From IMG/VR virus record IMGVR_UViG_2799112923_000001: a stretch of DNA of 64,000 bases; one strand, written 5' to 3'. Source of the DNA: a virus. Taxonomy: Duplodnaviria; Heunggongvirae; Uroviricota; Caudoviricetes. The notes under the pieces are model-generated. The model searched no databases, had not been told where the DNA came from, and worked only from the letters and a program-made list of their open reading frames with translations. This document shows positions 1 to 10,314 of this stretch, one piece after another. A program made the position numbers and the translations under genes. Every line of letters begins with the position of its first letter. Within the stretch, counting starts at the first letter, position 1.

Positions 1-1
1 T

Positions 2-1249
2 ACTAAAAATACTTGCTGGTCACCTAACGGGTTTGGTTATTCAAATTCTACAAAATGGGTGAATAAAAAAGAAGTAATGAATGAATTTAACACTGACCAT
101 TTTTGGCAAGAAGTTTATCCAGGTTTCTATAATTGGAAAACAAAAGTTTGGGAAAACGATGAAGGCACTGCTGGTGGTGCCAGTATTAACGCAGATGTAA
201 ATATACCAATTTGGCCTGTATTAAAAGATGACGATAGTGGTTCATACTCTGCTGCAAAAGAAATTTCTACAACTAATGTATTTGGTGTTAAATCAAATGA
301 AGATACTGGTGGCTATGGCACAGAAGCTGTTGTAACCCGTTATACAACAACCGGTAATGTTCATGTTGGTTTCGGTGCTATTATCTCTGGTGATGGTCTT
401 GATGATTATGTAACAAAAATGACTACACCATATTCTACAAATCACATTCCAAGAGTTTGTAGATTATTTACTATTAGAATTAAAGGTGGTTGGGAAAATG
501 AATCTTGTTATGCTTCATTCAATTCTACCAACTGTATTTTAAAACATTATTCATTTGATAAATCTATTACTGCTGCTGATATAGATTATAAGAAATTAAG
601 AAATAATGTGTATTATATTCATGATGCAAAAATAACAACTTTGAAATTTGAAAACAGACATGGTATGTTCTATATTACAAGAAAAGCACCTTATAGTAAT
701 ACTCTAATGTATTATTATGGAAGTAAATATCCTGATGGATCTGGCGCAGGTTGGGTATCTGATTTGAGTGAAGCAACTACTTGGGCTACATATAATGGTG
801 CTGATGAAGTTTATCAAGCAAATGTAATGCCTGGTAGATTACCACGATACGATTATCAAATTGCTGGTGGTTATACAATTCACATGGGGCAACCTGTATT
901 CTACAATAGAATTACTGAATGTTCATTTATGCCACAAAATAGTAATTTCTATTTTTTAACTGCAGCTTCAAGTGATAATGTAACAAGGTATTATACTGGA
1001 AACCCAACTACATATACAAATAGTTGGAGAACATCATATAGTTTGGAAGAATGTACTGTATTTAATAGTAATGCTGAATGTAATACTTTCAATGATAATT
1101 TACCAACTGAAATAAAGAATATATCGCACGGTTTCCCTTCTAATGGAACATATTTATCTGCTGGTTATAATTATAGTGATGGTAGAGGTAAAATGTTCTC
1201 TAACATGCCTGCCGTTAGAACATTAGCATTGAACTATTATTTTGATTGA
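2..1249 (+). CDS. 3' part of a probable virion structural protein (runs off window start)
   Basis: Frame is open from base 2 to the stop at 1249; N/T/Y/G-rich composition like the proteins at 57781-63797. Confidence 0.55.
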   Translation, partial: TKNTCWSPNGFGYSNSTKWVNKKEVMNEFNTDHFWQEVYPGFYNWKTKVWENDEGTAGGASINADVNIPIWPVLKDDDSGSYSAAKEISTTNVFGVKSNEDTGGYGTEAVVTRYTTTGNVHVGFGAIISGDGLDDYVTKMTTPYSTNHIPRVCRLFTIRIKGGWENESCYASFNSTNCILKHYSFDKSITAADIDYKKLRNNVYYIHDAKITTLKFENRHGMFYITRKAPYSNTLMYYYGSKYPDGSGAGWVSDLSEATTWATYNGADEVYQANVMPGRLPRYDYQIAGGYTIHMGQPVFYNRITECSFMPQNSNFYFLTAASSDNVTRYYTGNPTTYTNSWRTSYSLEECTVFNSNAECNTFNDNLPTEIKNISHGFPSNGTYLSAGYNYSDGRGKMFSNMPAVRTLALNYYFD

Positions 1250-2103
1250 TTAATTTTTTCTTCAATAAGAGTTAGTTTTTCGTGTGTTTTAACATTTATA
1301 TTAAAATACGATTCTAACTCTTCTTTGAACACACTATACACTTCCATAGAATCTGCTCTAGGGTTGTTTCGTAATTTGCGTTCAATAAACTCTTCAGTAC
1401 TTTTGGTAATGAAATGTTTTAAATGCCCACCAGTCCAACAAACATTTTGAATCGGACTATCACCATTTTCAATTCCACCATTTACATTCTTACATTTACA
1501 TCCACCTTCAAAAATAACTGTATGTGGTGTACAAAATCTAAATGATTTATCTGTAACTTTTATTAAGGATTTTACATGCATATTGTAATAAAATCCTTTA
1601 CCCATAGTGTAAGTATTGTATGTAACATCTAGTGGTGCTGGACGAGTAAATCGTTCCATAACAGGTCTTGGTTCGTAATAAACTTTATCATTATCACCAT
1701 ACAATTTCCAGTTCACATGAATTAAATCTGTATCTTTGAATTTATCTTGATTAAGAAATTCTTTTACAGTCAATCCATCAAAATCAAAGTATTCGTCTAA
1801 ATCAATGAAGGCTAACCATTTAATCTCTTTATGGTTTTCTTTGATATAATTGAATGTGCTATGGTAAGCACCAACTTGCCAACCAAGTTCTTCTAATTTA
1901 TCTCTACCACGGGCATTAACAGGATATATTTGACGATTATTTCGTTGTAAACTTGTTATGACTTTCATTTGATTTTCGTTATCTAAATCATTATTATCAA
2001 TAACGAAAATTTTATCAAATCCTAAATTAAAATGATACAATGCCCAATCGGCTATATATTTTTCTTCGTTTTTAGCAATCGCAACTATTCCAACTTCTTC
2101 CAT
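1237..2103 (-). CDS. Glycosyltransferase (GT-A fold, family 2/92-like)
   Basis: VAIAKNEEKYIADW..YH..LGFDKIFVIDNN, WLAFIDLDEY (DxD), LKHFITKS. Confidence 0.8.
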   Translation of the reverse strand: MEEVGIVAIAKNEEKYIADWALYHFNLGFDKIFVIDNNDLDNENQMKVITSLQRNNRQIYPVNARGRDKLEELGWQVGAYHSTFNYIKENHKEIKWLAFIDLDEYFDFDGLTVKEFLNQDKFKDTDLIHVNWKLYGDNDKVYYEPRPVMERFTRPAPLDVTYNTYTMGKGFYYNMHVKSLIKVTDKSFRFCTPHTVIFEGGCKCKNVNGGIENGDSPIQNVCWTGGHLKHFITKSTEEFIERKLRNNPRADSMEVYSVFKEELESYFNINVKTHEKLTLIEEKINQSK

Positions 2104-2939
2104 ATTAACTTCCCACTACAAGGACTAAAGGTTAATTCACCAAATTTTGGTTCACCATTTACAGAGTACATATCTACTCTAACAAATTTGAAATCCGAAG
2201 CCAATTTCTTAACGATTGGTTTCATTTTTTCTAATATATTTAGTTCACTTGGAATCAAATAGAAACGCATGGGTTTTACACCAATATATCCATCTGGTTC
2301 TTTCCCATTTTCGTCTGTGAAGGTCATAAACTCAGCTAAATTCTTTCCAAGTTTGCGTGAAGTTTGAACATATTTGATTTCACCATTCTCGCACCAAAAA
2401 CTCCAGTCTTTCAATACACCTATATTTGGTTGAACGATTACACCTTTGATAATTTTATCATATTGCCATTCCCAACCACTCATATAGGCATAGTTCAAGT
2501 TATACCATTCTTTTAGTTTACTCAAAAGATATTCAGGATTGTTTCCTGGTTTCTTTTCGTATTTGATATTCCAACCGGAACCGTGATTACACTTGAATAT
2601 GTAATTACCATCTGGTAAACTATCCAATTCGTGTCTGGTTAAATAGCATCTACTGTAATAAACTGGTGGAATGATAATGTCTTTCAAGCCGGCATCTTCC
2701 AACATATAATTCACAGTAATCTTGTCTGACCAAAGAGGTTTGCGTGGGTCAAGGTCATATAACTTACACCAGTTAATTCTATCCACGATGTTTTGTGGAT
2801 TATCCAAATTAACTGTGGGTAATTTTTCTTTAATCCATTCTATACCAAACTTGACTTTATCGTCAGCAAATCTACAGTTGTTGTATTCTGTATTATGTAA
2901 ACCTTGTAACCATTCTGCTTTGTATTCTTCTTCGGTCAT
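2085..2939 (-). CDS. TupA-like ATP-grasp amidoligase
   Basis: SDK..V, FKCNHGSGWN, WQY..I, FVRVDMY, FGELTFSPCSG. Confidence 0.8.
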   Translation of the reverse strand: MTEEEYKAEWLQGLHNTEYNNCRFADDKVKFGIEWIKEKLPTVNLDNPQNIVDRINWCKLYDLDPRKPLWSDKITVNYMLEDAGLKDIIIPPVYYSRCYLTRHELDSLPDGNYIFKCNHGSGWNIKYEKKPGNNPEYLLSKLKEWYNLNYAYMSGWEWQYDKIIKGVIVQPNIGVLKDWSFWCENGEIKYVQTSRKLGKNLAEFMTFTDENGKEPDGYIGVKPMRFYLIPSELNILEKMKPIVKKLASDFKFVRVDMYSVNGEPKFGELTFSPCSGKLIWKKLE

Positions 2940-3265
2940 ACGAAATCCTGTTTTATTGCTTCTAACATATTATCTTTCTTATATGTCTTATATAGTTCGT
3001 TTGGAATCGTTACATAAGTAATACCATCTTCCATCTTGATAAACTTAATATCTAACCATTTTCCAATTATTTTAAATCGATGTTTTTGTTCCGCATCCAT
3101 AAAAGCAGTAGAGAATGGAACATAATAATAGTTATCTTTAAATTCTACTACCCAATCACCACAAGAAATTGTTTCACAAATATATGGGATAAAACATTGG
3201 GCTTCTTTTATAACCAATCCATCACAATCTTTAAGTGGTTCAAGTATTTTATCTAAAATCTTCAT
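2936..3265 (-). CDS. Hypothetical protein, DF-tail family
   Basis: Ends ..LEAIKQDFV. Confidence 0.7.
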   Translation of the reverse strand: MKILDKILEPLKDCDGLVIKEAQCFIPYICETISCGDWVVEFKDNYYYVPFSTAFMDAEQKHRFKIIGKWLDIKFIKMEDGITYVTIPNELYKTYKKDNMLEAIKQDFV

Positions 3266-3554
3266 TGATACCTCTAATCTTTTCTTTAACTTTTCGTTCT
3301 TTTACAATCTTAATAAAATTAAGTAAACTTTGTTCCCAGGATTCTACTGATACTTTTGTGATAAATTCGTCCTGTGTTTTCCAATAATGACTATGAATGA
3401 ACTGACGAGTTTTCTTTAATTTAATTGAGCCATATCTATGCTTTCCATAGAAGAAATCAAATTCTCTCGCTTCTATAGGTGCATCATAAGTACCATTTTG
3501 AAATACATCATAATGTAATTCTTTTGCTTTGTCAGTTGCTTCTTTAATAGTCAT
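3249..3554 (-). CDS. Hypothetical protein, DF-tail family
   Basis: Ends ..IRGINEDFR. Confidence 0.7.
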   Translation of the reverse strand: MTIKEATDKAKELHYDVFQNGTYDAPIEAREFDFFYGKHRYGSIKLKKTRQFIHSHYWKTQDEFITKVSVESWEQSLLNFIKIVKERKVKEKIRGINEDFR

Positions 3555-3844
3555 TGAAAATCCTTTTGAATATCAGTAAGTATTTTGTTCATTTGTTGTT
3601 TCTTAATTTTGATTAACATTTCATTGATTAGTTTATTGTAAGTATATTCAGTGAAATTATTAGCCTGTGATTTAGATACCAAAATTTCATAAGATTTTAA
3701 ATCACTAGAACCCCACGATTCCATAATGTCAATACTATCGGCGTAATATCTAATCCTAAAGGTTAGTAATGGTGTATTGTAAGAAGTACAATTTTTAAAC
3801 GATTCAATATATCGTTTCATTTGTTCGTAAGATGCGATTGTCAT
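3551..3844 (-). CDS. Hypothetical protein, DF-tail family
   Basis: Ends ..LTDIQKDFQ; ATGA-coupled. Confidence 0.7.
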   Translation of the reverse strand: MTIASYEQMKRYIESFKNCTSYNTPLLTFRIRYYADSIDIMESWGSSDLKSYEILVSKSQANNFTEYTYNKLINEMLIKIKKQQMNKILTDIQKDFQ

Positions 3845-4227
3845 ACAAAATCTTCTTCAATCTTTTTAAGTTCTTCTTTATTTTCCAGTTCTTTATTTTT
3901 ACGATTATGTTCAGCTATGAATTTGTAAGTATCATTAAAGAATTTGTCTAATGAATCCATAGATAAGTTAATTTCGTCTTTTGTTGTAACTGCGGTACAT
4001 GGATTATAACATAAATAGTAACTTCTTTTATATTCTTTCCTTGAGCTGTATCTGTAATATGTGAACTGAATATACACATCTGACGAATACCACAAATCAA
4101 ATATCTTGTGGTTATCTTTTATGAACACCTGTAAATGTTTGCCTTCTTCATTGTAATCATAGAAAAACTCACAATGGGTGGAACAAAACTTCTTTACATG
4201 TTCTATAATTTCTTTAAATTTTTCCAT
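3841..4227 (-). CDS. Hypothetical protein, DF-tail family
   Basis: Likely start MEKFKE at 4227, just after a TATATT -10 box; ends ..LKKIEEDFV. Confidence 0.7.
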   Translation of the reverse strand: MEKFKEIIEHVKKFCSTHCEFFYDYNEEGKHLQVFIKDNHKIFDLWYSSDVYIQFTYYRYSSRKEYKRSYYLCYNPCTAVTTKDEINLSMDSLDKFFNDTYKFIAEHNRKNKELENKEELKKIEEDFV

Positions 4228-4296
4228 AATACCAATATAATAAAAACCCAGCATTTAACAATGCTAGGTTCTTAAAATAAGTTTCAAAAAGAACTG

Positions 4297-4815
4297 TTAA
4301 AATTCTTCTTTGAACATATAGAGCATAAAGACGCCAGGAATTTCATCTGGGACCTGTTCAATGTTTGACCAAGTCCAAATCTTAACTTCTCTTGGCTGGT
4401 TCAAATAATTTCGGTTGAAATCACTAGCACCATTTACCAATTTCAAAGTATCTACGAAATCTTCCTGGAGTTTCTTAACATCGTTCTGATATTCTACAAT
4501 CTGTTCTGTAATAGTTGGGCGCTTGTTAGCATCCAAAATCAATTCACCCTGCTCGTCACGGTCGGCATATTTCATAACCAATTCGTCAACCTTCTGCTTG
4601 TATTCAGCAAACTTTGGGTCAGCATCTGGGTTATACAAACCTGCCATAATTTCGTTGTAATCTTTTTCAAGGGTCTTAATAGTCTTGATAGCAGCATAGG
4701 TCAATTCTCCATTGATACCATTACCACTAATATACTTGTTAAGCATTTCAAAATACTGCTTAACTTCTAGTTGACTCATTTGAACTTTCTTTTCTACTAT
4801 TGATGATTTAATCAT
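4297..4815 (-). CDS. Hypothetical protein
   Basis: 172-aa ORF within the operon, SD-like AAGGA upstream. Confidence 0.65.
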   Translation of the reverse strand: MIKSSIVEKKVQMSQLEVKQYFEMLNKYISGNGINGELTYAAIKTIKTLEKDYNEIMAGLYNPDADPKFAEYKQKVDELVMKYADRDEQGELILDANKRPTITEQIVEYQNDVKKLQEDFVDTLKLVNGASDFNRNYLNQPREVKIWTWSNIEQVPDEIPGVFMLYMFKEEF

Positions 4816-4819
4816 TGTT

Positions 4820-5713
4820 CTATCCTTTGTTTGTATATGTTATATCCAAAATTCCACTACAAGGTGTAAATGTTGCCTCGCCAAAATATACTTTACCATT
4901 CATATAGTACATATCGCAACGAACAAATTTAAATGGTTTTATAATCTGTTCTACATAAGGTTTCATTTGTTGTAGAATCTCGGTCTGTTTACTATTTAGA
5001 ATCGTTTGGTCTGGTTCGCCACCAATGAACCAATCACTTTCTTTTCCATCAGGATTTACAAATGCGATATATTCTTCCAAATTCTTACCACATTTCTTTG
5101 TCAATCCTATTCCCTCTATCTTACCATTCTCACACCAAAAACTCCAATCAAGAGGTCTGTAAACTTCTACTGGTTGTACTAACCAACCTGGCTTAATCCA
5201 TTTGTATTGAATTTCATAACCAGATAAGTAAGCATAGTTTGTGTCTAACCAACCATTCATACAATCCATAACCATTTGATGTCTTGTTTGTCCTGGTGTA
5301 TAAATGATATTCCAACCACTGCCATGATTACATTTGATTATGTATTTCCATTCTTTTGGTCTTTTATCCAATTCAAATAAAATTTGTTCATTGAAAGACT
5401 TACTATATTCCATTTTCTCATAAGGCAAACATATATTGCGTAAACCCATTCCTTTCAACAAATCATAAACGGCAATTTTATCAGACCATTTACTCTTTAA
5501 TTGAATATATGGAATATCAGGGTGTTCAATATCTTCAAGTTTCCAATGGCAAATTCTATCTACAATGTTTCGTGGATTATCAGGTTGTAAGTCCATTTTA
5601 GACCATCCCAACCACTTACGAGCATACGCAGATTTATCTTCTGTAAATCTACATTCATTATAATCGCCCGTAATCTCGCCACGAAGCCATTTTTCTTTTT
5701 GAACATTTATCAT
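4820..5713 (-). CDS. TupA-like ATP-grasp amidoligase (paralog of 2085-2939)
   Basis: WSDKIAV, IKCNHGSGWN, FVRCDMY, FGEATFTPCSG. Confidence 0.8.
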   Translation of the reverse strand: MINVQKEKWLRGEITGDYNECRFTEDKSAYARKWLGWSKMDLQPDNPRNIVDRICHWKLEDIEHPDIPYIQLKSKWSDKIAVYDLLKGMGLRNICLPYEKMEYSKSFNEQILFELDKRPKEWKYIIKCNHGSGWNIIYTPGQTRHQMVMDCMNGWLDTNYAYLSGYEIQYKWIKPGWLVQPVEVYRPLDWSFWCENGKIEGIGLTKKCGKNLEEYIAFVNPDGKESDWFIGGEPDQTILNSKQTEILQQMKPYVEQIIKPFKFVRCDMYYMNGKVYFGEATFTPCSGILDITYTNKG

Positions 5714-6609
5714 AATTCTAACAACTTGAATGTTTCTAACATTGTAAAGTCAGTAGTGTTATAACTACCAAAATACTTGTTGGCTCTAACATCTGTCGCA
5801 TACCACTGGTGGTCTACTGCCGCACTACCTCTATTTATTTTCTTTTCCCAATCCAATTCGGATTTAATATGATAGTGATACAATCTTAAACAAGCATTGT
5901 AATCTACATCACCATAAGTAGATTTACTAATACCAACACCATTAACCAAACTCATACGAGTTGCAGTATCTTTGTTGTTCTTTTTCAAATCCCAAATGAC
6001 TGGAACATGACCATATTCTTCACCAGTCTTAATGGTGAAATCGTAATAGAATTTGGGGTCATACTTTATAATGGCTTTACCCTGTGTACTAGCATCATTT
6101 CTGCGATAGAAATGTGTGCGAACATAAGGTTCTACCCTATCACCAAGCCACAAATCGTGTGTACTCATTAAGGTTTGTGGCACGAGAACACAACCAGGTA
6201 AGTCCATATCTGTTTGACGCTTCATTTGGTTGTTTACGAAATCTTCCATTGATTCATAAACTTTATCTTTAAACTCTGGTCTATATTGTTCTACCAATTT
6301 CCAGTAGTCCAAGTAATACCATAAGTATTCGTCATCGTCAATGAAAGCAACCAAATCACCTTCTTCAAAATCATAACGATTTTGATTTAGAATGTCGCTA
6401 AACAACTGCCATTGATTCGGCCACCCTGACAACTTTTCGTATGTGTGGTTTGTGCCTTCAATCAAGTATGGCATTACACCATTCATTACTTCTTTATCGG
6501 AATCGTTATCTATCAAGTGAATACGATAACCAAGTTTATCGTGATACTTGAACCATACAGCTAAATCATCATAGTTGTAGCATTTTGTCAAACATACAAT
6601 GTGTTTCAT
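5710..6609 (-). CDS. Glycosyltransferase (GT-A fold, family 2/92-like)
   Basis: W..YH..LG..IHLIDNDS, AFIDDDEYL, LYHYHIKS. Confidence 0.7.
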   Translation of the reverse strand: MKHIVCLTKCYNYDDLAVWFKYHDKLGYRIHLIDNDSDKEVMNGVMPYLIEGTNHTYEKLSGWPNQWQLFSDILNQNRYDFEEGDLVAFIDDDEYLWYYLDYWKLVEQYRPEFKDKVYESMEDFVNNQMKRQTDMDLPGCVLVPQTLMSTHDLWLGDRVEPYVRTHFYRRNDASTQGKAIIKYDPKFYYDFTIKTGEEYGHVPVIWDLKKNNKDTATRMSLVNGVGISKSTYGDVDYNACLRLYHYHIKSELDWEKKINRGSAAVDHQWYATDVRANKYFGSYNTTDFTMLETFKLLEL

Positions 6610-6610
6610 A

Positions 6611-6946
6611 TTATATTTCCTTAGTTAAACTTTCTTCTAATCTTTGTATTAGTTTATTCCCTATTAATATAGAAAGAGCTTGCTTTTGTGGCAATCTATC
6701 CAACTTATATTTTGTTTCATTTAAGCTGCGTAAATAGAAAACCTCAAAATTTTCCACTTTAGCAGATTCAACTAATTCATTAAAATAAGTTTCCCATTCA
6801 TTATCAAGGTCCCAATGTTCGCAAATATAATCAAGAACATCAGACCAACGATAGCCTGAATGTTCTTTTAACCAATCCAAAGCACCATCAATAACTTCGG
6901 ATTTATATTTGTCTAACTCAGTCATCTGTACCTTTGAACTGGTCAT
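6611..6946 (-). CDS. Hypothetical protein
   Basis: ORF filling the operon gap. Confidence 0.6.
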   Translation of the reverse strand: MTSSKVQMTELDKYKSEVIDGALDWLKEHSGYRWSDVLDYICEHWDLDNEWETYFNELVESAKVENFEVFYLRSLNETKYKLDRLPQKQALSILIGNKLIQRLEESLTKEI

Positions 6947-7967
6947 ATAATTCTTCTAACGCCTTGTACAATTCTTCGTTTGTTACTTTGTTCAATTCCA
7001 ACTGGTCAATGTAGGTCTTTGCCATATTCATAATGTTAAATCGTTCAGTCTCAACATTCAAATCTACACCATCGTTTCCTATTGGTGGTTCGTCATTGAA
7101 TGTGTTTACAGGATAAGCAGGGAACAACGCATCCAATTCTTTAATCAAATCGTAAATTTGTTTGGTTTCGTTCTGCTTATCGTATGGGATATGAATGTCA
7201 ATAACATTTCCCTTGACCTTGGTTCTATCAATGTTTGGATAATTGAAAGAATAGAATTTCATAGACTGGATGTTGTTATGCCATTCGTATTCATCCGTAT
7301 CAGTATCTAATACAAGATAACCACGTTCACAATTTCGGTCAATACGAGTAATTTGGTAAGGAGAACCAACATAGGTCACAGTCTTTCCATCCAAATTCTC
7401 ACGATTACTTCTTGCGTGATAGTGGCCTGTAAATGTGTGGTCTATTTTCTTCATAACATCAGGCATAGTCAAACCATACTCTGATAATCTACCACCCATA
7501 TCAAAACCAATAATGTCTAAATGGGCGAAACAATAATCATAATGTTTCAAAACCATCTGGTCAAAATCTTCATAATTGATAATCCAGGGAAGCATTAAAG
7601 TAGATTTTCCACCCAAATTAATTTCTGTCATTTGTTCGTAAACAGTAACATTTGGTAGCAAATCCAAACATTTCAAACTGTTAACTTCGGTGGTTGTTGT
7701 GTGGAACATATCGTGGTTTCCTACGATAATGTGTACTGTGAAATCCTTGAATGTTCGCTTGAACAAATCAATGACTGCGTTCTCGGTTTGAACATTCACA
7801 GTTTGTCTAGTATCAAACACATCACCACAAACAACAATCGTGTCAATTCCCTGCTGCTTTAATTCAGGCACAAATTGGCACTGGAAAAATCGTAATTGTG
7901 AATCTAAAAAGGTTTGGTCAGATTTCTTTACACCAAAATGAAGGTCGGCAATAATCGCTATTTTCAT
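6918..7967 (-). CDS. 47: Recombination endonuclease subunit, T4 gp47 / Mre11-SbcD-like
   Basis: IADLHFG, GDVFD.R, GNHD, GHYH, YVGSPYQ; linked to gp46. Confidence 0.92.
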   Translation of the reverse strand: MKIAIIADLHFGVKKSDQTFLDSQLRFFQCQFVPELKQQGIDTIVVCGDVFDTRQTVNVQTENAVIDLFKRTFKDFTVHIIVGNHDMFHTTTTEVNSLKCLDLLPNVTVYEQMTEINLGGKSTLMLPWIINYEDFDQMVLKHYDYCFAHLDIIGFDMGGRLSEYGLTMPDVMKKIDHTFTGHYHARSNRENLDGKTVTYVGSPYQITRIDRNCERGYLVLDTDTDEYEWHNNIQSMKFYSFNYPNIDRTKVKGNVIDIHIPYDKQNETKQIYDLIKELDALFPAYPVNTFNDEPPIGNDGVDLNVETERFNIMNMAKTYIDQLELNKVTNEELYKALEELYDQFKGTDD

Positions 7968-8023
7968 ATATCCAAATATAATAAATTTATTAACATTATA
8001 TAGAATAAATTAAAATTGAGAAC

Positions 8024-8480
8024 TTAGAAATCGTTTTTAATTTCTTCTATCTTCTTTTGAACTTCATAATTCTTTTGAACAACTGATAATTTATTGTAAT
8101 CGTCAATGAGTTTTCTAAATAGTGTTCGGTATTCATCTAGTGTTAATAATTTTCTCAAAAAACCTGTACCAATTATTTTTGGTTCAGTTTCCACATCAGC
8201 ATTAATAAAGTAATCACCTTTAGTGCGACCGAATAATTCTTTTTGTGAAATGAATTCAAGTTTATCTACAATAAATGTAACTCTTGCTATTCCGAAAAAT
8301 AGTTATCAAATCCGTCTCCTTATAACGCACGAAAATGTATCGTGGCATCATAAGTTGAGGGTCTGTATCAAAGATGTTTATGGATAGTTCAGGAAATTCA
8401 TTCCTAATCAAATCCAACAATTCTTCTTCAGTCTCTTTTGTTATAGAAAGATTTGGTTCTGATTCTTCTGTAACTAACAT
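8024..8480 (-). CDS. DF-tail family protein, 151 aa if the extra base at 8294 is skipped (+1 at TTT-C-GGA)
   Basis: After 62 codons (..LITIF) comes CGG; the +1 frame GIARVTF.. is open for 89 codons and ends KKIEEIKNDF*. Confidence 0.75.
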
Positions 8481-10229
8481 TATTTTATCTTCAATTCCGA
8501 GTATAAACTCTTCTTTGTTATTTCAATGGTTTCGTTCCATGCGACCTGAACATCAGATAATTTGTGTGAAATTACATAAATGCCAAGGTCTTTATTTTCT
8601 TCACTAACAATGTTATACAAAGTAGAAATGAATTGGGAAATACCATCCTGGTCAACACCAGCGTCAAGAATTTCGTCAATCATCATTACGGAACAGGACC
8701 AGTTGGAAATGATTTTTGCGATGTCAAAGAATGATAGCAAAATAGCCATATCAATTCTACATCTTTCACCACCACTAAACTGGTTATATTCTTGCTGGAA
8801 TTTACCGGTCTTAATGGTTTCGTTCATAAAACTATCAAATTCCAAGGTCACAGGCAATTCAAATTTCTGTAAATAATGGTTAATCTTGTGGTTCAATACT
8901 GGCAACAATTTTTTGAAGAAATACATTCTCAATCCTTCGTCACCAAGAACTTCAATTAACTTACTATCTACTTCTATTTTGTGTGTAATCTCGTCAATGT
9001 TCTTTTGTATAACATCTACTTTTTCTTGTAGTTCAACAACCAATGCTTCCTGGTCATCCAAAGTCAATTCGCATTTCTTATTCTTGATTTCTTCTATCTT
9101 TTTCTTTAAATCTTCTACTGACTTTTCGTAATTTGACTTATTGAACATCTGCTCTTTAACGCGGTCTGTAATTTCTGCGATTAGTTTTTGATTTGCGTTT
9201 GCTGCGTCTTTCTTTGCGTTAAATTCTGCTTCTAGTTTCTTCAAATTTGGGATGGTATCTTCATCAAGAACTTTCAAATCGGCTTTTAGTTTGTCTATAT
9301 GTTCCTTTGCGTGACCTTCGTCAAGAGCACTGCCACAAATAGGACATGAACTGTTATTACCAATGGTCTTTAAGGTCTTGTTAATTGAACTTCTTTCGTG
9401 TTCAGCTACACCCAAACTCTTTGCTAAACTAGCAATTTCTTCATCACTTGGCAATTCTATATTTTGTTTTAAATTAGAAATTTTATCTTCACCGACCTTA
9501 ATGTTCTTAATGTTCTTCTTTATCTTGTCATCAAACTTCTCAATTTCTTCATTCAAATGGGTTAGTTCGTTTTGACGATTTTCTTCAAACTGGTCAATGT
9601 AATTTCTAATCTTTTCAATGTTGGCCTGGTTGTCAGCTATGCGACCATTATAACCATCCAATTCAGTGATTTTCAAACGCTGCTCGGAACGGTCAAGTGT
9701 GTTGCGTTTCTTGACTTCTTTCGCCATTTCACTCAAAATGTCAATGTTAAAAATGCTTTCAATAAGTTCTCGTTTATCACCAATACTCATTGAAAGAAAT
9801 GGTTTGTTGTTCGTCACAGCAATACCAACAATGTTCTTGAACAATCTTTCGTTAATGCCAAGGAGTTTATCAATTTCACCTTGGTTAAGTTTCTTTGAAG
9901 ATAAACTATCAATGGGTGTTCCATTCTTTTTAAGTTCAAACAATGTTGGTTTCAAACCACGCATAATTTCGTAGTTATCGTTGCCAATGGAAAATTCCAT
10001 AAAGACTTCCAAATTCTTGTCATTATACTTATTGACTAGCTGGTTCATCTTAATGTTTCTAAATGGCTTACCGAACAAACAGAAATTGATAGCATCAAGA
10101 ATGGTGGATTTACCACTACCATTTTGTGCCTTGACTAGATTTAAACCTTTATGGAACTCAATTTCTGTAAATGCGTTTCCGATAACTCAATATATTTCTA
10201 AACTTAATCTTTTTGAAATCTACAAACAT
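8480..10229 (-). CDS. 46: Recombination ATPase subunit, T4 gp46 / Rad50-SbcC-like; 582 aa with +1 shift at 10181
   Basis: Joined N-terminus MFVDFKKIKFRNILSY-GNAFTEI..NGSGKSTILDAINFCLFGKPFR (Walker A); CPIC zinc hook; FSGGE signature; MMIDEILD Walker B. Confidence 0.92.
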
Positions 10230-10263
10230 TTATATTCCTTTGTGTTTATGTATCAAATATAAT

Positions 10264-10292
10264 AAAAATCCCTATGGGCTAGGGATTTTTTG
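10264..10292 (-). terminator. Intrinsic terminator abutting a TATATT -10 box
   Basis: AAAAATCCCTA..TAGGGATTTTT hairpin between uvsY and 46. Confidence 0.65.
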
Positions 10293-10314
10293 ATTTTTAA
10301 GAACTTAGCCAAGT

